Shown here: piece by piece, positions 47,857-56,295 of the stretch
Position numbering within the stretch: position 1 is the stretch's first letter
How the letters are laid out: every line of letters starts with the position of its first letter
DNA from: Candidatus Latescibacterota bacterium
GTDB taxonomy: Bacteria; Latescibacterota; UBA2968
Assembly: GCA_965208125.1 (NCBI GenBank)
Contig: OZ242320.1
Coordinates: forward strand, 736,001 to 800,000
Length of the DNA: 64,000 nucleotides
Direction of reading: 5' to 3'
Made by a program: the position numbers and the translations under genes
The notes under the pieces: model-generated
Told to the model about the DNA's origin: nothing
The model's input: the letters and a program-made list of their open reading frames with translations, nothing else
The model's database searches: none

Positions 47857-48622
47857 AGTCCGGAGCGATCACATTGGGCCGACTGCCAACCGCCGGAGCG
47901 CCCATAATCCGTCGTTGCTGTGGCGTAGGATCGAAATAGTTCGCCGGGTCGTAGGACGCCTGATGATTGGCCATGTGTCCCGGATTGTATTTGTAGAGAA
48001 AGGCACGCCGTTCGTGGGTACTGCGCCAACCCTTCGTTCCGTGGGTCAAAGCCTCGGTAAAAATAACCGCATCGCCCGCATCCACCTCGGGCTGTACCAC
48101 ATAGTGCGGCACCCTCTTCAGTGTGCGCACATCCTCAGGCAGATTCTGGGAAAAATTGCCCTTGTGGCTACCCGGAATACACACAAACCCGCCATCTCCC
48201 GCCCCGGCTGGAGCCAGCATAAAAGTCACCACAGTTAGACCCGTCCGCACCTGCCCATCCAGATAGTGAAAATATCGATGCGTCCCCAACTCTGGCAGAC
48301 CGTGTAGATTCCCGCTGGCGCTACCAGTATTCATAAACATGGCGTAATCGTGATCAATGCGGAATTTGGGACCGAGAAACTCCGCCAGAACCGGCACAAT
48401 TCTCGGGTGATCAAGCAGCCGCTGGCAGGCTGGATCCCACCGGGAGACATAGCGAACATTGCGAATGCCGCGGCGCCCCTTGGAATCATTGCCGTCCGAG
48501 TAGTCCCTGGGATACACCCGATCCGAGACCTCGTTCAGTTCATCCACCTCCTGCTGCGTCAGCACGCCGCGGAGCACCAGATAGCCCTGCAAATCGAACA
48601 AGTATCTCTCTTCGTCAGTCAT
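47849..48622 (-). CDS. Phytanoyl-CoA dioxygenase (PhyH) family protein
   Basis: ERYLFDLQGYL; GGFVCIPGSHK; EALTHG. Confidence 0.88.
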   Translation of the reverse strand: MTDEERYLFDLQGYLVLRGVLTQQEVDELNEVSDRVYPRDYSDGNDSKGRRGIRNVRYVSRWDPACQRLLDHPRIVPVLAEFLGPKFRIDHDYAMFMNTGSASGNLHGLPELGTHRYFHYLDGQVRTGLTVVTFMLAPAGAGDGGFVCIPGSHKGNFSQNLPEDVRTLKRVPHYVVQPEVDAGDAVIFTEALTHGTKGWRSTHERRAFLYKYNPGHMANHQASYDPANYFDPTPQQRRIMGAPAVGSRPNVIAPDST

Positions 48623-48632
48623 ACAATCTCCC

Positions 48633-49394
48633 TCATTTATACTTCGCCCGGTGTTCCGGCAGCGAACCATCGTCCTCTGGCTCGAACCCTATCAACTCCC
48701 GCGCATTGGACAAATCCCACTTCTCCTCACCACCCCGGGACACCCCGTAGAAAATCTCAAACTTCAAATCCTCTGCCTCAATACACCGCCAGGTCATCTG
48801 AGCGATATCCCGAGGGCTGAACCAGCGGGACAGCCCCGGCTCATAATCCCGCCCCGGTTCATTCAGCCCATTGAAATTGGCGATCCGCAAACAGAACACC
48901 CGGATCCCGTACTGATCGGCATAAAACCGTCCCAGAGCCTCTCCAAACGCCTTGCCAGCGCCATAGATCCCGTCCGGACGCACGGGTTTGTCCGGCTCAG
49001 AACGAATGCCCTCCTTCTCGTTCATACCAGTCACATGATTCGTACTCGCATAGACCACCGTTGGCACCCGATTAATCCGCGCTGCCTCGTAGATATTGTA
49101 CGTCCCCTTCATATCCACATCAAACGTCACCTGTGCCCTCTGTGCATTCGGCATCCCCTGCCAGGTTCTAAAAAGAGCCAAATGGGCAATTGCATCCACC
49201 CCGGCGGCGGCCTCCACCATAGCCTCAAAATTGGAAATATCCGAAACCACCACCTCGTCCTTCTCATCCACATCGTCCGGAATCTGAGAGTGAAACATCA
49301 ACCGAAAATCGTACCGGTGTCGCAGATGTTTTCGCAGCGCCGTCCCAATCTTGCCCGCTGCCCCCGTAATCAACAACTTCTTGCGTTCTGCCAT
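48633..49394 (-). CDS. NAD-dependent epimerase/dehydrogenase (uronate dehydrogenase-like)
   Basis: ITGAAGKIG; ASTNH; YGAGK; LRI. Confidence 0.88.
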   Translation of the reverse strand: MAERKKLLITGAAGKIGTALRKHLRHRYDFRLMFHSQIPDDVDEKDEVVVSDISNFEAMVEAAAGVDAIAHLALFRTWQGMPNAQRAQVTFDVDMKGTYNIYEAARINRVPTVVYASTNHVTGMNEKEGIRSEPDKPVRPDGIYGAGKAFGEALGRFYADQYGIRVFCLRIANFNGLNEPGRDYEPGLSRWFSPRDIAQMTWRCIEAEDLKFEIFYGVSRGGEEKWDLSNARELIGFEPEDDGSLPEHRAKYK

Positions 49395-49573
49395 ATCGAA
49401 TAATCCTTCTCAAATTAGTATTAAAAACCAGTATCGCCCTCATCTCCAAAAGTCGTGAAACCAGGAGTCTAAATCAAGCAGAAACCAAATCGGAAGCGAT
49501 CATTTTTTGATTGCCCCGGGGGTTACATCCCACTTTCTTGTTCCCGGGACTTCTTCCTCGAAAGGTGATCACC

Positions 49574-51565
49574 GTGAACATACAAAAACATCCCGACCAC
49601 GCAAAAGTACAGGCTCAATACGTGGCCTACCTGCGGGAAAAACTCGCAAAACTCCCCGAAAAGCGGATCAGCGACGCCTTTCCCCGCACCCGGGAAGAAT
49701 GGAAAACCCACACCGACAAACTGCATCCCATCCTCCGCACAATCTTCGACTTCCCCGAAACCAGCGGACCCCTCTGCCCCCGCACAGTCGGGAAAATCGA
49801 AAGAGACGACTTCACCATCGAAAAAATCATCTACGACGCCGAACCGGGATCCTCTGTACCCGCCCACCTCTTCCTGCCAAAAGGCGTAACCTTTCCGGTC
49901 CCGGCCCTCATCTTTCCCAGCGGACACGGAGGGAGTAAAAGCGCGTTCTACAACCACTACGCGGGCCAGATCTACGCCAAAGCGGGCATCATCTGCCTGA
50001 TCCCCGACCCTGTCGGCGAAGAAGAACGGGACGAAGAAAACCGCCCGGGAATACGCGGTCACCGTCTGGACTTTAGAATCGACCGGTGCTTTGAAGTGGG
50101 CCGATCAGTCATCGGCAAAATGACCTACGACATCATCCGCGGCATCGACTACCTCTGCATCCGTCCCGAAGTAGATACCGATCGAATCGGCTGTGTGGGC
50201 CACTCGCTCGGCTGCACCATCACCATGAACGTCCTCTGCACCGACGACCGCCTGGCCCTCAGCCTGCCCGCCTCCTGGGTAACCCATTTCGACTACATCG
50301 TGGGCGACCTGAGCTGCGAATGGCGTCCCTATCGCCTCAAGCACCATGTCGATATGCCGGAACAAATCGCAATGGGTGCCCCCCGGTGCGCCACGCTCAT
50401 CCTCGCCGGAGAATGGGACTATCCTCCCCATGCGTATCGTGGGCTACTGGAAACCTGCCGACAAGTGCAACAAGTCTATGACATTTGCGACGCTGCAGAC
50501 CGGTTCGATGTCCACATCACCCCAAAGGGCGGCCACCGGCCCTACTTCCTCAACAAACCCGCCTTCGCCTGGGTGGAAAAACACCTGGGCATGCCGAAAT
50601 TCGACGCAGAAGCAATACAACGCCTGCCAGAAGTCTATCTGGGAGACTGGACAGACGCCCACGGAATCAATATCGAATCGGGCTATAAGAGCCACAAGCA
50701 CTACGCAGGAACCGCGGTCATCGATCTAAATGTGGCACCAGTACCGACCGACGAACTCACCTGCTTGCCTCCGCGAGGCTATGAAGCACCGGAGTTCGCG
50801 ATGCGGGGATGGGTGGCATCCATCTTGAAAGAATTACCGCCCAAACTGGACATACCTCAAAGACTGGAAGACTGGAAACGCGTGCGAATAGCTCTCCAGG
50901 ACACAGTGGCAAAAATCCTCGCAGTACCCGAAAACAGACCGAGCCTCTCACCCGAAACCATCCGAACCTTCGAGGAAAATGAATTCACTGGAGAAGAAAT
51001 TCGCTACGGCGCCCTCGGCCTCTCATCCTTTCTATTGATGCCAAAGGATGCATCAAAAAATACAGCCCTCTATCTCCACCAGAGCCGTACCAAACAGGGC
51101 GCCCTGCAAACAGGTGAAGTACGGCACCTGATAGCTTCTGGCACAACCGTCCTCGCACTGGATTGTGTCGGCATGGACGACAGCGGGATGCTGCTGGGAG
51201 AACCATCGACAACAGCCAACGTACAGCATGTCATCGAAGCATTGGACCTCCTGAAACAGCGAGGCATTCAGCGTGCAGCCTGCTATGGATACGTCGATGA
51301 CATCGCCCTGTACGCGGCGATCCTGGACGACCGAATATCCGAAATCATCCTCGGCTCCAGAGGGGGAATTGAGCCGCACCACCAGCAGCGCTACCGACAG
51401 GAAGGCGTCGTACCCTACATCTCCCGACATATCGGGCGACCCGGACTCCTCTCACTGTTCGCCCCCCGACCACTCACCGTAAAAATAGAAGAAAAAGAAT
51501 TGGATCAGGTACAGAAAGTCTATAGCCTGTACAGCGCAGAAAACAGACTCAGAATTGTGGAATGA
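49574..51565 (+). CDS. Alpha/beta hydrolase (acetylxylan esterase-like, two domains)
   Basis: GIDYL..RPEVDTDRIG.VGHSLG; GGH; start uncertain. Confidence 0.8.
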   Translation: MNIQKHPDHAKVQAQYVAYLREKLAKLPEKRISDAFPRTREEWKTHTDKLHPILRTIFDFPETSGPLCPRTVGKIERDDFTIEKIIYDAEPGSSVPAHLFLPKGVTFPVPALIFPSGHGGSKSAFYNHYAGQIYAKAGIICLIPDPVGEEERDEENRPGIRGHRLDFRIDRCFEVGRSVIGKMTYDIIRGIDYLCIRPEVDTDRIGCVGHSLGCTITMNVLCTDDRLALSLPASWVTHFDYIVGDLSCEWRPYRLKHHVDMPEQIAMGAPRCATLILAGEWDYPPHAYRGLLETCRQVQQVYDICDAADRFDVHITPKGGHRPYFLNKPAFAWVEKHLGMPKFDAEAIQRLPEVYLGDWTDAHGINIESGYKSHKHYAGTAVIDLNVAPVPTDELTCLPPRGYEAPEFAMRGWVASILKELPPKLDIPQRLEDWKRVRIALQDTVAKILAVPENRPSLSPETIRTFEENEFTGEEIRYGALGLSSFLLMPKDASKNTALYLHQSRTKQGALQTGEVRHLIASGTTVLALDCVGMDDSGMLLGEPSTTANVQHVIEALDLLKQRGIQRAACYGYVDDIALYAAILDDRISEIILGSRGGIEPHHQQRYRQEGVVPYISRHIGRPGLLSLFAPRPLTVKIEEKELDQVQKVYSLYSAENRLRIVE

Positions 51566-51581
51566 GAACGCACGCCTTCTA

Positions 51582-52418
51582 CTACGCGGAAAAATTGGCC
51601 CAATTCTCTCCAACACGCGAAGTATCCGTTCGACCACAAAAAACAAACAACCGATACTCACTCGCGGTCGTCTCTCCCTGTGCCAGCGTCCAGGGACCAG
51701 CAATACAGCGGCTGGGCACAATGCCGAGTTGCCCATCAACGCGCCAGGGATTGGGGTATTCGGGATTGGTGGGATGATCCATCATCGCAATGCCTGCCCA
51801 GTCAGGGCGTCCTTCGATGGGAATGGAGACAGAAACCCATTGTGCGCGTTGTCCTTCAGCGTCGCGGTTGGTCTGACCCTCACTGTTGATGGCCTCGCCA
51901 CCGAGGTCTCTTTTGTAAGGCATACGAAGAAAGAGACCGCCGTAGGCGTATTCTCCAAAGGTAAGATCAATTGATGCGGTGAGGGACCATGTGATATCGA
52001 TATCGTACGTATCGCCCTGATCGTTGAAAGTCCAGGCCTGTATTTCGGTGAGCATAGGCGCACCGTTGGGATCTCGCCATTCGCTGGTAACAGTCCAGGT
52101 GGCGGTGTTGTTATGCACACCTGCGTTGCTGATCGGTCCGGGGTGAAAGGTCCCGTCCAGATCTTTGCGCCGTTCCTGTAATCCCTCTGTCCAGAACCCA
52201 ACCCCGTTGACTTCGTTGAGACCCACATAAAGACCATGCTGCCAGGGATGGTGCGAGGGGGTGTCCTCGGTGAGAATACCATTGCCGTCGGGTGCCACAA
52301 TAGGATGAATATAGGCGCGGGTATCGGCTTTGGCGAGTTGAACAAGAATGGGATCTTTTTGTCCGCTGCGGAATATTTCAACGCGATCTGGTATTGCCCT
52401 TTGTTTGAGTTCAGTCAT
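51582..52418 (-). CDS. DUF6807/'PmoA-like' family protein
   Basis: YIHPI; HHPWQHGL; YGGLFLR; MMDHPTNP. Confidence 0.78.
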   Translation of the reverse strand: MTELKQRAIPDRVEIFRSGQKDPILVQLAKADTRAYIHPIVAPDGNGILTEDTPSHHPWQHGLYVGLNEVNGVGFWTEGLQERRKDLDGTFHPGPISNAGVHNNTATWTVTSEWRDPNGAPMLTEIQAWTFNDQGDTYDIDITWSLTASIDLTFGEYAYGGLFLRMPYKRDLGGEAINSEGQTNRDAEGQRAQWVSVSIPIEGRPDWAGIAMMDHPTNPEYPNPWRVDGQLGIVPSRCIAGPWTLAQGETTASEYRLFVFCGRTDTSRVGENWANFSA

Positions 52419-52467
52419 TATTCTCCTCGGTTTGATGGATAGCATAGGTGTTGGAAAACGCGCGCTT

Positions 52468-53070
52468 CTATGGCCTTTCGGGCAGATCAATACCTGCAAA
52501 CCCCGCCAATTGCGCGACCATGCGATAGGTCAGCCCCCACAGCACGGGGCGATTGACACCGAGCAAATCAATAGCCGGCATATTGTGCCAACCTTCGAGA
52601 TTGAGCGTTTGCCACCGCGCGGAATCGACGAAATGTGCAAAAGGCGTCCAGAAAACATCGCGCACCTCGTCGTTGGGCGCAACCTCAACGCCTTCAAAAA
52701 TCGCATAAACAAAACAGGCGACCTGGATGGGTAGCGTCGCGCCCGCGACATCGTCCAGACGGCCGAGGTGCTGCGCATTGCTCAGATCGAGACCGAGTTC
52801 CTCGCGCGTCTCGCGCTCAGCCGTGTATTTGAGATCGGGATCATCGGGTTCGGCTGTGCCACCGGGAAAGGCAATATGCCCCGACCATGGATCTGTCGGA
52901 TGCGCGGCACGCTCGATAAAAAGAAGATAGAGATCATCCCGTCGCGGATGAAAAACCGCAGCAACAGCCGCTTGCGTCTTATTCGTCTCCGAACGAATAC
53001 TGGGTTGATACGCCGATAGGGCTGTCGCAATCCTTTGAAAGATATTCATAAGTTCCGCACCCACCGTCAC
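52468..53070 (-). CDS. Nudix hydrolase (CoA pyrophosphatase-like)
   Basis: WSGHIAFPGG...AERETREELG; LWGLT. Confidence 0.9.
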   Translation of the reverse strand: MTVGAELMNIFQRIATALSAYQPSIRSETNKTQAAVAAVFHPRRDDLYLLFIERAAHPTDPWSGHIAFPGGTAEPDDPDLKYTAERETREELGLDLSNAQHLGRLDDVAGATLPIQVACFVYAIFEGVEVAPNDEVRDVFWTPFAHFVDSARWQTLNLEGWHNMPAIDLLGVNRPVLWGLTYRMVAQLAGFAGIDLPERP

Positions 53071-53582
53071 GTCAACTCACTCATCCGAAACAACGCGCGA
53101 AGTTCAATACCCTCTTTGGCGAGATTCTCTGTGCCACCGGACTCGCGGTCAATTACACATATCGCCTGTGAAACGCGCGCGCCCAGATTGCGAAGATCCC
53201 GAGTGGAAAGAACAACTTGCCCGCCAGAAGTGACCACATCTTCAACAACCAGCAGATTCTTGCCAGATATATCAACACCTTCGGCAAGTTTACAAGTACC
53301 ATAAGTTTTGGCTTCTTTGCGCACAAAACATGTGGGCAACCCAGACAACTGGGAAAGCATAGTCGCAATGGGCACGCCACCGAGTTCGAGACCTGCGAGA
53401 ACATCTGTATTGTCGGGAATCAAAGGCTGGAGATGCGCGGCGAGTTCGCAGAGAAGTTCGGGACGGGTTTCAAACTGATACTTATCGAAATACTCTGTCG
53501 CAATTGCGCCTGAACGAAGCGTAAATTGTCCGGTCAAATGAGAAGTCTGATAAATGCGATGAGCGAGTTCAGATCGGGTCAT
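53067..53582 (-). CDS. pyrE: Orotate phosphoribosyltransferase
   Basis: FTLRSG..YFD; VRKEAKTYGT; VEDVVTSGG. Confidence 0.93.
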   Translation of the reverse strand: MTRSELAHRIYQTSHLTGQFTLRSGAIATEYFDKYQFETRPELLCELAAHLQPLIPDNTDVLAGLELGGVPIATMLSQLSGLPTCFVRKEAKTYGTCKLAEGVDISGKNLLVVEDVVTSGGQVVLSTRDLRNLGARVSQAICVIDRESGGTENLAKEGIELRALFRMSELT

Positions 53583-53778
53583 CGTGTGGAATCTCCATGT
53601 CTAAAAATACTTGTGCTTGTTCGCGGCTTACCGAAGGAAATCCATCTAAGAAATCTTCGAGGCTGTCGCCTGCTTTGAGATGGTCAACCAGTGACTTTAT
53701 GGGTACGCGCGTACCCTTAAAAACAGGTGTGCCCCCAAGAATCTTTTTATTGCAGGTGATAATGTGATCGCATTTCAT
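53569..53778 (-). CDS. DUF433 antitoxin-like protein
   Basis: ILGGTPVFKGTRVP..G.SLEDFLDGFPSV. Confidence 0.88.
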   Translation of the reverse strand: MKCDHIITCNKKILGGTPVFKGTRVPIKSLVDHLKAGDSLEDFLDGFPSVSREQAQVFLDMEIPHDDPI

Positions 53779-53810
53779 TTTTTGCCTCCTCAATTTCTTT
53801 TATTAAAATA

Positions 53811-55307
53811 TTACGGCTCTATCAACTTATAGAACTCTATCGCCCCATTGACAATGCGGTTGATAACCGCACTCTTGGTCGTATGTCGATTTTCATCATA
53901 ATGTGAAATAACCGTTGCCCCGCTATAATCCCTCGTCGCTGCAATTTCATCGCGAATCGCCATCGGTGTCAACTCCTTCGCCCGAAGCATCGCCAGAGCC
54001 ACCAATCTCAGGGCATCGTATCCCAGCGCACCGCCCCCGTCTGGCGCGACGCCAAACATCGCCGTGTACGCATCAATAAAACGATGGGCGTCTTCACTCA
54101 AATCGCCCGGTGTGACTTTGGACGAGAAAAACGTACTGAAAAAACTCCCTTCGAGAATCTCACCACTCGTGGCAACCAAATCAGCGTTATCCCAACTATC
54201 GCCACCGAGAAGAATCCCCGTAATGCCGAGCGCCTTTGCCTGTTGAACCACCAGTGGAATCTCGGATGAGAAACCCGGCAGAAAAAACACATCCGGTGCC
54301 GACTCCGCAACCGGGGTCAATTGCGCGGTAAAATCGGTATCCCCCTGCATGTAAAACTGCGCGTGTACAACCTCGCCCCCATAAGCAGTAAAATTGTCAA
54401 CAAAAGTTTGCGCCAATCCCTCCGAATACAGAGATCCCTTGCGCGCGAGAACAGCCGCGGTCTTTGCTCCCAAATCCTCGATAGCAAACTGCGCCATCAC
54501 TTCGCCCTGAAAATCGTCTGTAAAAGCCGCCATAAACACAAAATCACCCGCAGCAGTAACCGTTGGATTGGTCGCCGTAGTAGTCACCATCGGTATCCCA
54601 TGGCTTTGTGCGACCGATCCGGCAGCCACCGCAAAAATCGAGCGATTGGGACCCGCAATTGCCGACACCCCCTCTCTGGTAATCAATTCCTCGGCTATCT
54701 CTGCGGCGTGTTCGGGATCTCTTATATCTCCCCGCGACACAATTTCGATGGGCATACCGCGCACACCGCCCATCTCGTTCAATTGCATCGCCGCCAATTC
54801 AGCACCTCTCAGTGTATTGCTACGCGTTGGCGCAGTGTACATAAAACCGATCTTGACCGTAAGCAACGCCGAATGCGCGACACGCACCCTTCCACCTATG
54901 GGCAAATCGAGCACCACCTCATGCCCGCCATTGATCGGAATACTCGACCATGAACCGATCTCTCGCCCATCTATTGATGCACGCGCCTGATAATAACCCA
55001 TCGCATCATCCGATGTAATCTCCACACGCGCCCGACCATTCTCATCCGTCACCCCCGACCACTGATAATCTGCCGCCTGTCCTGCAACAGAACGCGAAAA
55101 TTCCACCTTCGCCCAACTCACAGGTGCGCCGTCTCGAAGCACAGTCGCCACTACCACAGCCTGCGACGCACTCGTCTGCACAGCCAATTTACTCAGCGGA
55201 CGTCCAACCTGCTCTTCTCCATCTACCATCTGCGACTGCATCACCTGCTCGCCGCCACAGCCCCACACCAACCCTATCGCAAACACACAAAAAAAACCTC
55301 GCAACAC
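53811..55307 (-). CDS. LivJ-type ABC substrate-binding lipoprotein with extra N-terminal domain
   Basis: Lipobox VWGC; GAELAA..LN..GG; ATNPTVT; FTDDFQG; DFTAQL; ALGYDA. Confidence 0.85.
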   Translation of the reverse strand: MLRGFFCVFAIGLVWGCGGEQVMQSQMVDGEEQVGRPLSKLAVQTSASQAVVVATVLRDGAPVSWAKVEFSRSVAGQAADYQWSGVTDENGRARVEITSDDAMGYYQARASIDGREIGSWSSIPINGGHEVVLDLPIGGRVRVAHSALLTVKIGFMYTAPTRSNTLRGAELAAMQLNEMGGVRGMPIEIVSRGDIRDPEHAAEIAEELITREGVSAIAGPNRSIFAVAAGSVAQSHGIPMVTTTATNPTVTAAGDFVFMAAFTDDFQGEVMAQFAIEDLGAKTAAVLARKGSLYSEGLAQTFVDNFTAYGGEVVHAQFYMQGDTDFTAQLTPVAESAPDVFFLPGFSSEIPLVVQQAKALGITGILLGGDSWDNADLVATSGEILEGSFFSTFFSSKVTPGDLSEDAHRFIDAYTAMFGVAPDGGGALGYDALRLVALAMLRAKELTPMAIRDEIAATRDYSGATVISHYDENRHTTKSAVINRIVNGAIEFYKLIEP

Positions 55308-55325
55308 AACAACCTCCTCATACCC

Positions 55326-56162
55326 CTATGTCTCAAGCCGTGCCCACGCAGTCACATGCGGTGGCAAGAGAAGCGGGCGTTTCGACATCCTGATCTCTTC
55401 CCGAATCCGATCTGATAGTGTATCCACATCGACCTCTTCAGCAGTCGCAATTCCAAACTCCTCCATAAGCGGGACCAGGCTGCGAAAGGCGTTGGCAATA
55501 AAATCGTACCCAGCCCACGATTCTGCGCCCCCCAATGGCGCTACAAAATGCAAAACAGGCGCAGGTAAACCGGCATCCAAAAAAGTACCGTGAAGATCCA
55601 TGCCCATTTCAGTATGCGCCCCTGAATGTTGAAACACTGCTATTCCCCATTCAACCAGCTTGTTCATAAGCGGCGTATCTGAACGAGAAATCGATACATA
55701 AGGCGTAAAATCCACCTCCTGAAAAGCGACAATACCCCCCGGGCGCAAGTGCCTTGTGAGCTCTTTCAAAGCATCTGCGGGATCAGACATATACATAAGC
55801 ACAAGGCGCCCAACCACCGCATCGAATTCACCCTCCGTATCCAGAGTTCGGGCATCTCCCGCTATGAACTGGATATTTTCAAAACCCAGTTCTCTCACCC
55901 GCGCCTGGGCTGTCTCGAGAATCGCCGCATTGACATCCACACCCACGACTTCCCCCTCTGCACCGACCAACTCAGCAGCCGCCATTGCAACATCTCCGGC
56001 GCCGCTCCCCACATCGAGAACCCGCATCCCGCTAACCAGACCTGCCTCCTGAAAAAAACGCAGTGTCACAGCCTCGTAAAGTTGTGACTGCTGAATCAAA
56101 CGCTCCGTCTCTCCTTCACTGCGCCCCATCGTATATCTCGGATCGCTACTCGACTCACTCAT
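55326..56162 (-). CDS. Class I SAM-dependent methyltransferase
   Basis: VLDVGSGAGD; FDAVVGR; LRPGG. Confidence 0.9.
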   Translation of the reverse strand: MSESSSDPRYTMGRSEGETERLIQQSQLYEAVTLRFFQEAGLVSGMRVLDVGSGAGDVAMAAAELVGAEGEVVGVDVNAAILETAQARVRELGFENIQFIAGDARTLDTEGEFDAVVGRLVLMYMSDPADALKELTRHLRPGGIVAFQEVDFTPYVSISRSDTPLMNKLVEWGIAVFQHSGAHTEMGMDLHGTFLDAGLPAPVLHFVAPLGGAESWAGYDFIANAFRSLVPLMEEFGIATAEEVDVDTLSDRIREEIRMSKRPLLLPPHVTAWARLET

Positions 56163-56295
56163 GGTACTTTCTCCTTTTGTGATATTCTCTTTGTGACATC
56201 CTCTGAATTTCAAAAAAATTACAACTTTGAGCAAATAAAAAACACCGTGACAGCCACCCAATAATTAGTTACTTTTTAGACAAATATAAGGAGAA

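Noticed and set aside
51582-52418. Methane monooxygenase reading of the 'PmoA-like' family
   Set aside because: It is a soluble protein with no pmoBC nearby; the family name does not indicate methanotrophy
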